64,000 nt of DNA, taken from positions 25,544,001 to 25,608,000 of the forward strand of contig NC_043006.1 in assembly GCF_006345805.1 (NCBI RefSeq), given 5' to 3'. How positions within the stretch are numbered: the first letter of the stretch is position 1; each line of letters opens with the position of its first letter. Origin of the DNA: Octopus sinensis (taxonomy: Eukaryota). Made by a program: the position numbers and the translations under genes. A model generated the notes under the pieces. That model worked only from the letters and a program-made list of their open reading frames with translations, was not told where the DNA came from and ran no database searches. Positions 12,612 to 26,179 of this stretch are shown in pieces.

Positions 12612-12920
12612 AGGAGGTGCAATGGCCTAGTGGTTAGGGCAGCAGACTCGCGGTCAGAGGATCGCAGTTTCGATTCCCAGACTGGGCGTTGTATGTGTTT
12701 ATTGAGCGAAAACACCTAAAAGCTCCACGAGGCTCTGGCAGGGGGCAGTGGTGACCCCTGTTGTACTCTTTCGCCACAACTTTCTCTCACTCACTCTTCT
12801 TGTTTCTTGAGTAATGCTGCGATGGACTGGCGTCCTGTCCAGCTGGGGGGAACACATATGCCATAGAAACCGAGAAACTGAGCCCATGAGGCTGGCTAGT
12901 CTTGAAAAGGGTGATGTTTA
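12612..12920 (+). mobile_element. tRNA-derived SINE family B
   Basis: AGGAGGTGCAATGGCCTAGTGGTTAGGGCAGCAGACTCGCGG...GTTTCGATTCCC tRNA-like head directly after the tail of family A. Confidence 0.75.
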
Positions 12921-13649
12921 TCGTTTATCATTTAAAGAAATGGTACATTAGCTAAGATTGGGTGTAGACTTACTCCTTCCCTTCTTTAACACCTATCTAT
13001 CTTTTACTTTTAACAAAGTCCACTCTGTTGTAAACATTTGAACCTAGTTTCCTGTCTAATGGTAGGTAACCTCTCGACAGTCTGACCAACTTGTCTCTTA
13101 TTAAGACAGAGTGTATCTAAGACTACATTATCCAGTTTTTCTAATTATTCTGTTTCACCACTGAATAAGGTTCATAAATCTGAATGCTTTGTTATGCTTA
13201 GCTGACAAAAGTTTCCACGTGTAAAATTTTCCAACAACTATCCTATGCTTATAAGGAAAATGGATATAATACAACTAAAGATAATACAATATAAAATGGT
13301 AAAAAAAAAACTGATATGATGGTTGAACAGTTGAGTTGCTAGTTTGCTGACTATGATGTTAATAGTCATAACATTTTCAGTTCACAGATAAAGTACCTAT
13401 TTTACTTAGCGTAACTGGAATTAGGACCTCTCCCTCTTCAACGCAGTATGACTAATAGAAGATTATCATCCTCTTTGTCATATTAAAAAAAAAATTTCAT
13501 TTCTGAATTGAACATCTTATACATGGTATGATTTATAATGCAAGTTGTTAGATCTGAGCATAATGTTTAGTTGATTGTCTTTTAAGATGCTGATGTTTTC
13601 AGTATTAATGTAATTTTGTTTATATTCTTGATCATTTCTTGTTTTACAG

Positions 13650-13736
13650 GTTGTTTTGGATAACACAGCTCTTCACCGAATTGCAACTGATCGCCTTCGC
13701 ATTCAGAATCCAACTTTTGGTCAGATCAACTCATTG
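13650..13736 (+). CDS. TUBG1: Gamma-tubulin exon (87 nt)
   Basis: cag/gtgggt boundaries; [29 protein letters not shown]. Confidence 0.97.
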
Positions 13737-14190
13737 GTGGGTTCAGAAAACAATCTTAACTCTTTTTGCATTAGACTTAAGTAGAAAGAGGAAAGATAAA
13801 ATGTAATGACTTCACATTTCAGTTACACAAAATCTTTCTTACTGCTACTACTTACAAAAGTGAACTGCTTCATGGTACCAAAGACATCTTGTTCTGAATG
13901 TCTATATTTTAATGACAAAAAAACTAAAAAGCTGAAGAAAGAATGAATGTTTATTGTATATTTAATCTCTCAATATCGTCATCATGGCTTGCTTATACTT
14001 CTGGATCTCTCATTAACAATCTTCCAATGTGTTGTCCCGAACCTTCCTATTCATTTGGTTTTGTGTCATATCTGTCATCTTCAGTTCTATTTCTGCCAAG
14101 TGATTATAGGCACCCTATCTTCTTTTTCTCTCTGGGTTCCAGTCCAAGACTTATCTTACCAAACATCCCCTTTGTCTTCTAAAGTGTATA

Positions 14191-14380
14191 TATTTCTTTA
14201 CTACTCACAAGGGGCTAAACACAGAGGGGACAGACAAACGGATTAAGTCGATTACATCGACCCCGAAAGGATGAAAGGCAAAGTTGACCTCGGCGGAATT
14301 TGAACCCAGAATGTAACAGCTGACGAAATACAGCTATGCATTTTGCCCGGCGTGCTAACGTTTCTGCCTGCTTGCCGCCT
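14191..14380 (-). mobile_element. tRNA-derived SINE family C (central GCCGAGGTCGACTTTGCCTTTCATCCTTTCGGGGTCGAT domain)
   Basis: Homologous to 58881-59112; flanked by repeats of TCTAAAGTGTATA. Confidence 0.85.
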
Positions 14381-16020
14381 TTCTAAAGTGTATAACCTCG
14401 CCGTCTTCTAAAGTGTATAACCTACCTATCTCTACTTAAATTTTGCTATTTATTGACTGATTGATTTTGCTTAGCTCTAATCCAGAGTTCTTTGTCGTTC
14501 ACAATTTCTGGCTATCAAATGTTTAGGATGCGTTTGAAGCACATGATCATGAATATTTGTTACAGTCTGAGGATATTTATGTTTATTCACTTATGATCCA
14601 GCACAATATAGTAAGGTGGATTTGACATTTCTATTGAAAATTCTCAGCTTAATATGTTAGGACAGCCTTTACTTTTAAGCTTGATTTTAAAATATTAAAA
14701 GTTTGATTTACTTTCCTAAATTGTGCATTGGTACCTTCCTCTCTACCTTCACTTGTAGACATCATGCCTTCTGAGATATGTAAAACAATTGTTTTCATTC
14801 AACATTTGATTTTCAACCATGACAGAGTCAGGGTCAACTCTCACTGTAGTTTTCATTATTATCTATTAGCCTATCTGTTTCTTTTTCCTGCATGTATTTG
14901 TCATTCTGGGATATCAGATAAATGTCATTTGCAAAGAGATTTTTTAGCAATTACTCTTTTAGCTTGCCTAGTTTGCTCCTTCACCTTAACAGTTACTTTC
15001 AAAAACATCATTGTTTACTTTGAAAGGTTTTAACAGTCTTCCGCGGTGTATCACTTGACAGTGAATGTCTTTGTACAGCTGTTGAATGATATTTGTGTTA
15101 GGTGTTTTGCAGTCACAGAATAGACTCTAGATAACTTTCCTGTTGAGACTTTTGAAATCTTTTCTGAAGCTGATAAAATTGAGAACAAGGAAATCATGCC
15201 ATTCCTGCAACTGCTCAGTAACGTTCCAGAAAGTAAGAATTTGAACTCTGCAGGATTTATCCTTTGTAACTCCTGCTTATTCTGCCTTGAACCTGTATTC
15301 TACAGTATTTTTCACTTCCTCAAGAATGATTCCCACTTAGTGCTGATCCTAAATTGCTTGAAGGATATACATACATTTCTTCCAAGGATCTTGTAAGCTA
15401 CTCAATACAGTGGTGGGATACTGTGAAAGACCTTCTGCATGTCAACAGAAGCAAAATAGATTTCTTTGCTTAATTTTCTCTTTTAATTGTACTACTGGAA
15501 CCTAAATTGTTTGGCACAAGCCCACACCTAAATTAACTCCATCCTGATCTGCTTTTGCTCTCAATTACTTTGAAGATTAGATTTATTAATCAAAGAATTC
15601 TATGACAGTTCCACCCTAAAACATATCACTTGCTAGAGGTGTTACTGGGCTGGGAAAATCAGTGTGGAGTGTTGAGAAAAATATCTTTGCCTTTCATCAA
15701 TCTGGAGTGAAGATATTGATTAAAGCCCACCTTTCAGTGTAATCTCGTGTCTATGTTAGAAATTGATATTATTAGTAATTTACAACATCTTGATTAATTA
15801 ATTAATAGATGATTTTAAATGCCTGATGTCTTTACTTGTGATAGTTCCTTGTTATGGCACATTACTCCTTCAAATAATACGTTTCAGCACTACTTTGTCT
15901 CTTTCATTTTCCTCCCATTTTGACCCCACTTGTTGCCAATTACATGTTAGTTCTTCATTTTTGTAAATTTAATATGATGGTAAAAATTATATTTCCCATT
16001 CTCTTTCTTTGTACTTGCAG

Positions 16021-16170
16021 GTCTCAATTGTGATGTCAACAAGCACAGCTACACTGCGTTACCCTGGATACATGAATAATGATCTTGTAGGCTTGATTGC
16101 TTCTCTTATTCCTACACCACGACTTCATTTCTTAATGACTGGTTATACACCGTTAACAACTGACCCACAT
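16021..16170 (+). CDS. TUBG1: Gamma-tubulin exon (150 nt)
   Basis: cag/gtaatg boundaries; [50 protein letters not shown]. Confidence 0.98.
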
Positions 16171-16239
16171 GTAATGATCATGTTTTACCTTACTTCCTCT
16201 CATTTTCTTTACTATTTTTCTATTTCTTCATTAAATATA

Positions 16240-16775
16240 TGAGGTGCATTCCAGAACTTTTGAGATTGTTTCAGGAGAGACATTTATTAATTACGAGGGG
16301 AAAAAAAGCTCTAATCTCCTTCAAAGTAGGTTCCTCTGACTTCAATGTACTTGTTGTAGCAATTTGGTCACTTTGTGAAGGCCCCATGGAAGTCCGCCAA
16401 AGTGAAGGTGTTTGGACCCTTGACACTGCTTCCTTTATCTTTGCAATGGCTTCAGAATGACTCCCTGAGGTTCTCCTTTAGCATGGGGAACAATTAAAAA
16501 TCACAGGGTGCAAGGTTTAGAATGTGGGGGGGGCGGTTTTGATATCTATCTCTTTCAAGTAGTTGATTACTAGGATGGAATTGTGACAAGCAGTGTTTAG
16601 TAGGGTGTGTTGAAAGTGCTGTTGCTGCTGTTCCTTCAGTCTAGAATTAAAAAAATAACAGTTGGTAGGGTAGTTCATTAGATATATAGTAATGATATAC
16701 TAAAATTACAATAATCTAAGACAGTTATAACTACCTGTCCTAAAAAAAGTCTTAAAACTTCTGGAATGCACTTTT
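16240..16775 (-). mobile_element. Non-autonomous mariner element
   Basis: TIRs (T)GAGGTGCATTCCAGAA and TTCTGGAATGCACTTT with TA flanks; the minus strand shows the mariner C-terminus TFTLADFHGAFTK...NKYIEVRGTYFEGD. Confidence 0.75.
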
Positions 16776-17354
16776 TATCTGTTGCATCTCTATTTCTTCT
16801 CAAATATGTAGCTAATTTTCAAATGTAGCTTATTTGTCTCTCAATATCTAAATTTAAAGAGTTAGGCTGTTCTCTGAAGGTGAAATTCAACTGTGAAAAA
16901 CCGTATTCATTCTGCCAGATAAAAAGTTACAGAAATAAAAGTAACTTTTTATCTTTGTTTGAATTTTTATCTGAATTATGGCTTGTACTGTAGAGTCCAG
17001 TGAAACTAAACATACTTATTTTGCACATATTTATGGGATTTAAAAATTAAAATATAGTTTATTGTATTGAAAGTTGATAAAGTTATAAGGGCCTGATGAT
17101 TGGGGTGGCATCTTGAAAGGGGTTCCAGGGAAACACGGAGTGGTTTAGGAACCCGAGGATGTACCTCATGAAACACGTGTTGCCAAGGAATAAAACAGTA
17201 GGTATTTAAAATAAAAATAAGTAGGGGTATACTATCTCTAAATTAAAATATATTTCTTCATTGAGAATAATTTGAACCTCTGTTATGCCGGAATTGTTAT
17301 TCCCTAAAAAATAATTTATGTGTATGTATATATATATATATATGTGTGTGTGCG

Positions 17355-17391
<37 letters not shown>

Positions 17392-17709
17392 ATATGTATA
17401 TATATATATATGAATATGTGTGTATATGTATATATATATATATGAATATGTATGTATATGTATATATATATGTATATATATATATGTGTGTATATTTACA
17501 TAAGACTTTTTTAGTCAGTGGATATTTATTTTATTTTATATTTGTCTATTAGGTTTTATGGTAGTTTATGAATTTTTAGTTGGGCATATTTAACTTTTTG
17601 ATAGGCCATTCTTCTTGCATATAATCTCTTTACTCATATTCATATATATATATATATATTTATATCTCCATACATATACATATATCCATATGTACATCCA
17701 TTTATATAG

Positions 17710-18030
17710 TATAGTTGGTTGGAGACGAAATCCACCCATAATCCTGTGAAGTGTCCTGGTGCCAAAAGTGTTCAGGTGGCCCCTAAGGGCCTTGGAAATT
17801 CTCAAACTGTAGAGCAAGAGAACAAGGACTAGAGATCTAAAGACCCAAACCTTTGTTCTCCTGCTCAGTTATTGGCAGTACCAAATTTCCATGTCCAGTG
17901 AGTCTAAAACTGCCTTAGCATATCCACGTCTTTTAAGATGTCAGGCTCGCAGCTAATGCTGTTATAGATCATGCTGCTGCAATATGTGAAGTAGTCAACA
18001 ACTTCGACATTCTCACTTGCATGTAAAACA
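17710..18030 (-). mobile_element. RTE LINE RT C-terminal fragment
   Basis: LSRRTKVWVFRSLVLVLLLYS...LNTFGTRTLHRIMG. Confidence 0.65.
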
Positions 18031-18462
18031 TATATAAATAGCTCAAAATTTTTCCCATTCTAAATAGATAAATTTTTATTGGAGATTTTAACTACTTTCT
18101 GATTAAATATCAAAATCTCTTGGAATGATTTTAATAAGATTTTAATTTTCCAAACTATTCATGAGAAATGTTTTAATGTGAGCATTTATATTTACATCTT
18201 GTTTCAGTTGGATTCACCATTGATTATTATAAGGTATCTTGTGGGTACACAGGAATTAATGTGAACCAAAGATCAGATCAATCAAAATATAGGCGAGGGT
18301 TCTTGTCTGAAAAGTTATAATCTTAAACATTTTCTGTTATTGCCTCTACCTTGAACTTAATTTTATAACTGTTACATCATATTTGCTTCTTTTTATTCTC
18401 TCCGTCACTACATCGCATTTCAGTTAGTTTTTTAAAATTTATTTTGTGATTTTTCCATACAG

Positions 18463-18615
18463 GTTGCTAGTGTGAGAAAAACTACTGTCCTCGATGTGAT
18501 GCGTAGGCTATTACAACCAAAAAACATGATGGTCTCAACGCCTGTTCATAGACAAGACAAGCACTGCTATATTTCAATATTGAATATCATTCAAGGTGAA
18601 GTAGATCCTACACAG
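18463..18615 (+). CDS. TUBG1: Gamma-tubulin exon (153 nt)
   Basis: cag/gtaaaa boundaries; [51 protein letters not shown]. Confidence 0.98.
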
Positions 18616-19778
18616 GTAAAATGATTATTTTTCATGATATATAGCTTTTATGTAACATCCTTCAGATGTAAGTTTTTAATCTTTTGAAGCAGTCACTTGA
18701 AAATTTTTATATTCATCATCATCATCGTTTAACATCCGTTTTCCATGCTAGCATGGGTTGGATGGTTCAACTGGGGTCTGGGAAGCCAGGAGGCTGCACC
18801 AGGCTCCAGTCTGATCTGGCAGTGTTTCTACAGCTGGATGCCCTTCCTAACACCAACACTCCATGAGTGTAGTGGGTGCTTTTTACGTGCCAGGCGAGGC
18901 TGGCAAGGGCCACGATTGGTTGGTGCTTTTTACATGCCACCGGTACAGAAGCCAGTCAAGGCGGCACTGGCATCAGCCACGTTCTGATGGTGCTTTTTAC
19001 GTGCCACCGGCACAGGTATCACAACTACAATTTCCATTCTAAAATGACATATAGTTAATGATTAAATCTTATAGTTTACATCTTAGCTACTATAAAATAT
19101 TCAGATTGTTTTTTTGTTTTGTTTTTTATTTTGAAGTTTTAGAAATAATTCATGGCCTTTTTACCAAATAAAATGACTTTTTAAAAATTTGTTCTTTTAT
19201 TTGTAATTCATTATCATTCCTACAACAATGCCTATTGTAGAAGTCTTGGAGTATATAATGGAGTATATTTACTGACAGTTTGTCTCACTAACTATTTAAA
19301 ATTATTTTTGGCATAAAATCTTGTTAGAAATTGGATTATAAATCTAGAATTCTGCATTAATATTTCTGATACTGTCCATCACCTTACATTATTACATGTA
19401 GTGGTATATCTGATACTGTCTATCACCCTATGTTATTACACCACAATTCAGTAACTTAATTTTTTTTTATGCATTATTTCCATCATCACCTGGTTTACAT
19501 CTGATTTTAACATACGATATAAATTCAATCTAAGTGCAATGCAACATCTTTCTTTAACCATATATTTCATATTGACAGTTACCAGGTTCAAGCTATTTGC
19601 ATTTTAAGTGGTTGTTTCATACTTTGTTGGAAAACTTACCCGATGTAAGCAATGTTATTGTGACAATAGTGGTAGAAACACTTCAGAATATATCTTAATG
19701 TTTGAGATATATTGTATGCCTATATCAATTTGGTATAAGTCAAATTGATTGATTTTATTCATTCTTTCTTTTAAACAG

Positions 19779-19940
19779 GTCCACAAAAGTCTGCAGAGAA
19801 TCCGTGAGCGTAAACTGGCACAGTTTATCCCATGGGGTCCAGCCAGTATACAAGTTGCACTTTCCAGAAAATCTCCTTACATTCTAACTGCTCATCGAGT
19901 CAGTGGTCTAATGTTGGCTAATCACACCAGTATATCTTCA
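19779..19940 (+). CDS. TUBG1: Gamma-tubulin exon (162 nt)
   Basis: cag/gtgagt boundaries; [54 protein letters not shown]. Confidence 0.98.
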
Positions 19941-20379
19941 GTGAGTAGTTCTTTGCCTTTTATTCATGCTTTGTTTTAATATAAAAATATGATGTATAAT
20001 CTGATGCTTGTTCATTTTCACTAAAAGTAACTCCTTAGAAAATATATTACTGTATATAAGTCACAGTAGTTAAGTTGAATTTCCTTTGTCTTTATAATAT
20101 TTTGGCTTCAGCTTTTGAGCTATAGCTTAGTTACATTACTTTTTGTAAATAGTGTTTATGACTTGGATCATAATTGTATCTAAATGTGGTATGGGGAAAA
20201 AGCTGAAATAATCTCAGTCATTGCAAATAGTCTAACAATATCTTGGAACTATAGGTATCATAACATTAGTTTTCTATAAACTATTCTTGTACAAACTGAT
20301 TAACTGGTGTTTTTACATCACCATTTCTGTCCCTTATGTAAGATATTAATATTTTCTATTCATAAACATTTCATTGCAG

Positions 20380-20571
20380 TTGTTTGAAAGGACCATGTCA
20401 CATTATGATAAACTGCGGAAACGAGAAGCTTTTATGGAAACATTTAAGAAAGAACCTATGTTCCACAATGATTTATCAGAATTTGATGCTTCCAGAGAAG
20501 TTTTGCAACAATTGGTGGATGAATATCATGCTGCTACCAACTCAGAGTATCTTTCTTGGGGCATGAAAAAT
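20380..20571 (+). CDS. TUBG1: Gamma-tubulin penultimate exon (reads through to TGA at 20580 if the donor is not used)
   Basis: cag acceptor; [64 protein letters not shown], followed by gtatgt (donor-like) and then tga. Confidence 0.95.
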
Positions 20572-20615
20572 GTATGTTGATTGCATAGAGTGCTTTTTTT
20601 TCCCCCCCTGTTTAA

Positions 20616-20836
20616 CCCTTTAGTGTTCAGATTATTCTGTCAAATGTGATGTTTGTTTATTTAAAATGGTTTGAATTAATCATGCATTATCTTGTAATTT
20701 AGAGATTTCAGTGATGTGATTTTTTTAGTTTTAGAATGACATGGTAGGGCTGAGGTGAGAGACGAGATCTGGTCAGTTTCAATATAAAACAGGTTAAATA
20801 TTTTGGCCGGATACGGCCGGTTTGAATGCTAAAGGG
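20616..20836. mobile_element. piggyBac-type MITE (second copy)
   Basis: TTAA|CCCTTTAG...CTAAAGGG|TTAA. Confidence 0.85.
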
Positions 20837-21169
20837 TTAATAAGGTAGTAGACCCAATCCAGGACTGTGGAGCTGGTAAAAATGTACCAATTTGCGACTA
20901 AATGCAAATTGTAATGTGTGTTAAAATTTCCAATTTCAGAGATAGTAATTTAGCCATTTAAGTTGACCTCATTTAAGAAATGGCATAGCATTGAGATGTG
21001 TTGATGGATGTTGTATCGCCAGCAACAGCTTAGACCAGCACTAGAAAAGCAAAATAAACAAGAATTATTTTAACTTATGTAACCTGAATATTCTGAGAAT
21101 AACTGAATAAGGGATTAAAGAGAATGCATCTAAACTAAATGTATAACTAATTAAAATTTAACATTTATG

Positions 21170-21332
21170 AGGCGCAGGAGTGGCTGTGTGGTAAGTAGCT
21201 TGTTTACCAACCACATGGTTCCGGGTTCAGTCCCACTGCGTGGCACCTTGGGCAAATGTCTTCTACTATAGCCTCGGGCCGACCAAAGCCTTGCGAGTGG
21301 ATTTGGTAGATGGAAACTGAAGGAAGCCCGTC

Positions 21333-21368
<36 letters not shown>

Positions 21369-21795
21369 TTGTCCCCCTAGCATTGCTTGACAACCGATGC
21401 TGGTGCGTTTATGTCCCCGTTACTTAGCGGTTCGGCAAAAGAGACCGATAGAATAAGTCCCAGGCTCGAGTTGCTCGATTAAAGGCGGTGCTCCAGCATG
21501 GCCGCAGTCAAATGACTGAAACAAGTAAAAGAGTAATATATTGGTGGATTTCGTAGACGGAAACTGAAAGAAGCCCGTCGTATATATATATATGTGTGTG
21601 TCTGTGTTTGTCCCCCAAGCATTGCTTGACAACACAACCGATGCTGGTGCGTTTATGTCCCCGTTACTTAGCGTTTCGGCAAAAGAGACCGATAGGATAA
21701 GTCCCGGGCTCGAGTTGCTCGATTAAAGGCGGTGCTCCAGCATGGCCGCAGTCAAATGACTGAAACAAGTAAAAGTAAAAGAGTAATATATTGGT
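21170..21795 (+). mobile_element. SINE family A with a tandem duplication of its 3' two-thirds
   Basis: Full copy 21170-21534 followed by a headless copy ending at 21784; both are followed by AATATATTGGT. Confidence 0.85.
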
Positions 21796-22270
21796 ATAAT
21801 AGTTAAACTGCTATCAAAATAGTTGTTGAGGTAATTAGTTGTATGACTCTTCTATGGGGCATCGTATTTACTTTGCTGGTTTTTCTGGAGAGTAATAGTT
21901 GCTGATTTGCTTTCCTTCCTCTCTATTTTTTGTTACTTTAAAAAAAAAAAAAAATTAAAGATGAAATTTACATTTACTTTTATCTTGTAAACAGTCTTGA
22001 TCTGGCAGTTTCTACAGCTGGATGCCCTTCCTAACGCCAACCACTCCAAGAGTGTAGTGGGTGCTTTTTACGTGCCATACATATGGATATATGTATATGT
22101 GAATGTGTGTGTATGTGTATGGGTGGGATAATATGTAAATATGTATCTCTATATGTAAATTTATGTATATAAGGGCTCTTAGAGAATGTGTATATATTTA
22201 TAATAATATGTGGGAGAATATATTATAATATATGTAGGTACTAGTTTATGCATGTGCATATGGGTGTATA

Positions 22271-22658
22271 TTCTTTACTCTTTTACATGTTTCAGTCATT
22301 TGACTGTGGCCATGCTGGAGCACCGCCTTTAGTCAAGCAAATCGACCCCGGGACCTATTCTTTTGTAAGCCCAGTACTTATTTTATCGGTCTCTTTTGCC
22401 GAACCGCTAAGTAACAGGCACATAAACGCACCAGCATCGGTTGTCAAATAATGCTAGGGGGACAAACACACACGCATATATATATACATATATACGACGG
22501 GCTTCTTTCAGTTTCCGTCTACCAAATCCACTCACAAGGCTTTGGTCGGCCCGAGGCTATAGTAGAAGACACTTGCCCAAGGTGCCACGCAGTGGGACTG
22601 AATCCGGAACCATGTGGTTGGTTAGCAAGCTACTTACCACACAGCTACTCCTGCGCCT
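22271..22658 (-). mobile_element. SINE family A
   Basis: Ends in CTCCTGCGCCT (reverse complement of the head). Confidence 0.9.
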
Positions 22659-24307
22659 ATATGTGTGGATATGTATGGGTGTGTATTTGTCGAATAGTGG
22701 TACATATAGAGAATATTGCATCTATACGAGTATGCATGTGGACATGGATATGTTTTCATTTTGTTTACTCATTTAATAAAAATGTTGGGTATATAATTAT
22801 TTAACTCATAAATAGTTTATTTGTTTAATTTTAGACCTAAACCTACTTATAGATTTGATTCTGTAGGTGTTTGTATATGTTGATGTAAGAATGTATGTAT
22901 ATGCATATGTGTGTATGTATGTTTGGATGTGTCCATGTGTACGTGTATGTGGATTGTAGGTAGGACTGTATGTGTGTACTGTGACGTTCTGTGAGAGTAT
23001 GTGGGTGCATGCATGTTTGTGTATATATGAGTGGGTATATACGTTTGTATATATTTCAACGGATGTATGTATATTTGTTTACGTATACATAGGTATGTGT
23101 GTATGTATGCATACATTACGATTAATTAATCTAAACTTGTTTCTCCATTTTGTTGAATGAATAAATAATCCAAAATTCTAATATCCGAAAGTTGATGAAC
23201 AAACTAAACTTGTTTCTCCATTTTCTTATTTGTATTATAAATTTACAGTAAAAATATTTCTTTACCTTCACCTGTTTAATACAGTCAGTGAGTTAATTGC
23301 ATTGCCATTAAAAACATTTATACAAGATGACATGAGTGTTCAGTTTTTGCTGAATGACCTGCACAAAGGATTTGTTTATAGTGATCAAATGTGTGTGTGC
23401 TGTACATTAGCACACTCTCTCCATCAAGTCGATGTTGACTGAACAAGTGTAAAGTGCCACACAGTGGAAAAGAACCAGAAACCTAGTAGTTGGGAAACAA
23501 GCTTCTTAATCAAAGGGCCATTAATGTGCCTATGTAATTGTCATTTAATTCCCTTTTTTCTATGCTTGCATAGGTCAGACAATTTGTTGAGGCAGATTTT
23601 TAATGGCTGGATGGCCTTCTTGTCACCAACTTTCACTTGTTTCCAAGCAAGGTAATATTTTCCCATAATGGACATATTTTTCTTGGAAGACTGGAAACAA
23701 TCAACTCTCCTTGTATGATGATGGTACTCATTTACAACCATCAAGTGATGGTCTAGGGTACACACACATACACACATGGTTGGCTTCTTTCAGTTTCCAT
23801 CTATCAAATCCACTCAAAGATTTTGTCAACCTGGCCTATAGTAGGAGACACTTGCTTAAGGTGTTGTGCAATGAGACTGAACCTATATACAGGCACACAC
23901 AATGTTGACTGTCAGAAGAATGAATACCCAGTACCATAGAGATTATTAAGATTACAATTTTGTTTAAGTGAAACTCTTGAGAAGCCCAATACTGACTTAA
24001 TTAAAAATAAAAGGGTCTGTGTTTGTGTTTCCTTGTTTTAACATTGCATAATAGTTGTAAACAAGAGCCACCTTCATACAAGTGGTGTCCTTCATTTCCA
24101 GTTTTGCATTGAAGCATGTCCAGTCATGGGGAGATTATTACCTTACATGGAAAGATGTGAAGGTTGGTGATAGAAAGGGCATCCAGCTGTAGTAAACTTG
24201 TATCAACAAATTTTCTGACTCGTGCAAGCATGGGAAAGTAGATTACATTAATACTAAATATTTAATACAAAGAAATTATAATTAATATTTAAAAATTTTA
24301 ATTTCAG

Positions 24308-24328
24308 GCATCAAAAGACGGTGTTTGA
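24308..24328 (+). CDS. TUBG1: Probable gamma-tubulin terminal coding exon (ASKDGV*)
   Basis: tttcag acceptor at 24302-24307 in phase 0, compatible with the donor at 20572. Followed by an AT-rich UTR-like stretch and AATAAA at 24582. Confidence 0.7.
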   Translation, partial: ASKDGV

Positions 24329-24581
24329 GTGCATAGAAATGTAACTCTGGAAATATAACTGATTTTGATCCAGTCTAAGAGAAGAAAATTGTGACACACA
24401 GAACTGATTTATGATTGAAAAAGTCTAGATTTGTTGATATCACTGTTCTCTACAGTAATTCAACATGCATGTCTTTCTCACTTAAACTGATATTTACACA
24501 CATTTGTTGAATCGATCCTATTTATTTCTGATTTCTGTTAACTTGATTCCTTTCATACATGTTCTGACTTATATTTTTTAA

Positions 24582-24587
24582 AATAAA
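24582..24587 (+). terminator. Candidate polyadenylation signal of TUBG
   Basis: AATAAA ~255 nt after the putative stop codon, followed by T-rich sequence. Confidence 0.5.
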
Positions 24588-24719
24588 TATTATACATTTT
24601 TTTTACATTTTCTATTTAAGACAATTTTTAAAAATGTTTAAAGTTTATTCTCATAAAAATGCGTTCTCTAACGTACATTATATTATTTCTGTTTGTTGTT
24701 AGATTGCTTGTATATGTTA

Positions 24720-25900
24720 CAGGGTGTGGATGGTATTCATTCACATGATGACTAACTCAGGAAAAAATGAGTGTTCTTATTTTTTCAGATATACTTGTCA
24801 CATTCAGGTCACTTTGTCTTCACAACATGTTCTGTTGGTCTCACTTGATGAACCCACTTTTGGCCTTGATGACAGCCTCCAAGCATCCTTGGAACTTGCC
24901 ACAGGCCTTCATCACTATTTCCCGTTTTAGACCCCTGAAATTCCTGGTAATCTTGGCCCTCAGCTTATCCCCTTCATATTGCTGCTGGATTTGTTGGTCT
25001 CTTGTTCCACCGTGTCCCACACAAAGACATTAAGGGGATTGCAATCAAGCAAGTTGGGAGGCCAAATGTCAGGTGTTGTGTGATCAAAGAAATTCTCCAA
25101 CCGCCAGATTTGGATTTTCTGGCTGGTGTGGCAAAGCACAGTCTTGTTGCTGCATGTACAGCCTCCCTGCAGCTAACCAGTAGAGCTAGGGCTTCACCTT
25201 ACTCAGAACACAGATGAAGCCATCAGTATTCAACCTGAGGCTCTCAGGGAATATGTGGGGTGGCATGACATTACCTTTATGCTGACAACACCAAAGGCCA
25301 TGATTGTCATTGAAAATTTTGTCTGCATGACTCTGGGCATGTCCTTGGGTGAGACAGCGAGCCACGTGTTGTTCTAGAAGTTAATCTTCTGGTTTTGGCA
25401 GAAATTATTCTTCTTGGAGAAGAACCACAGCAGGTGTTTCAACTTGTTGATCTGCGTCTTGGTGTGCTTGAGCCATTTTTCATGCTTCACCTTGATCAGA
25501 AATTATCCCTTCCTCATCTTGTATGAAAAGGAACAAATGTCCTCATCTACCACCAGCCTGATGAGCTTTTCAGCCACACTTTTCTCCCTTGCAATGGTAT
25601 GCTTCAACCTGCTGGGGCTATTGTTGATGATCTGGATTTCAGTGATGAATTCTGGCATCAGATCATCAATAAGAAGGGAAAGACTGACAACAAAAGTAAA
25701 AACAATGGCTTTGGAAAGGCAATGCATACCCTGCGCACAGATAAATTTTTTGCAAATTATAGTGTGGCTTTCAATGTGTTGCCTACCCATGCTTTTTAAT
25801 TGAACTGAATTAAGCTTTGAAAGTGTTTGACTAAAAGAGGATTAGAAACCTAAGAACAGTGAAATTAAGAAATCAACACATAAATAAACTAAACCCTCAA
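24720..25900 (-). mobile_element. maT (DD37D) transposon, decayed
   Basis: TA|CAGGGTG terminus. KHTIAREKSVAEKLIRLVVDEDICSFSYKMRKG, and QQD...WPPN..DCNPL(N) with 37-residue spacing after restoring a 2-nt deletion. The other end is not resolved. Confidence 0.8.
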
Positions 25901-26179
25901 ATCTATCACTGTACACACACACAGAGTCACATATCTATGTATGTATGTCTGTCTATACCCACACGTCTACATGCAGACGAGGGTCAATTCATATGAAAGA
26001 GAAGGTGGACACGATGAAATACTTATAGAAAATATTGCACAGGAATGTCTTTCAATGATGGCAGGTGAATCAAATGTACTGTAGTTTGTTGTAGGATATA
26101 ATTTATATGACCACTTGCTTATCAGGAAATTTGTAAGTTCAATTTTCCTTTTTTTTTAGTATCACTTATACTCCAGTGA

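Noticed and set aside
12191-12680. tRNA genes at the tRNA-like heads (also 21170, 38645, 40885)
   Set aside because: They continue into SINE bodies, lack a complete cloverleaf and occur in multiple copies, some with TSDs.
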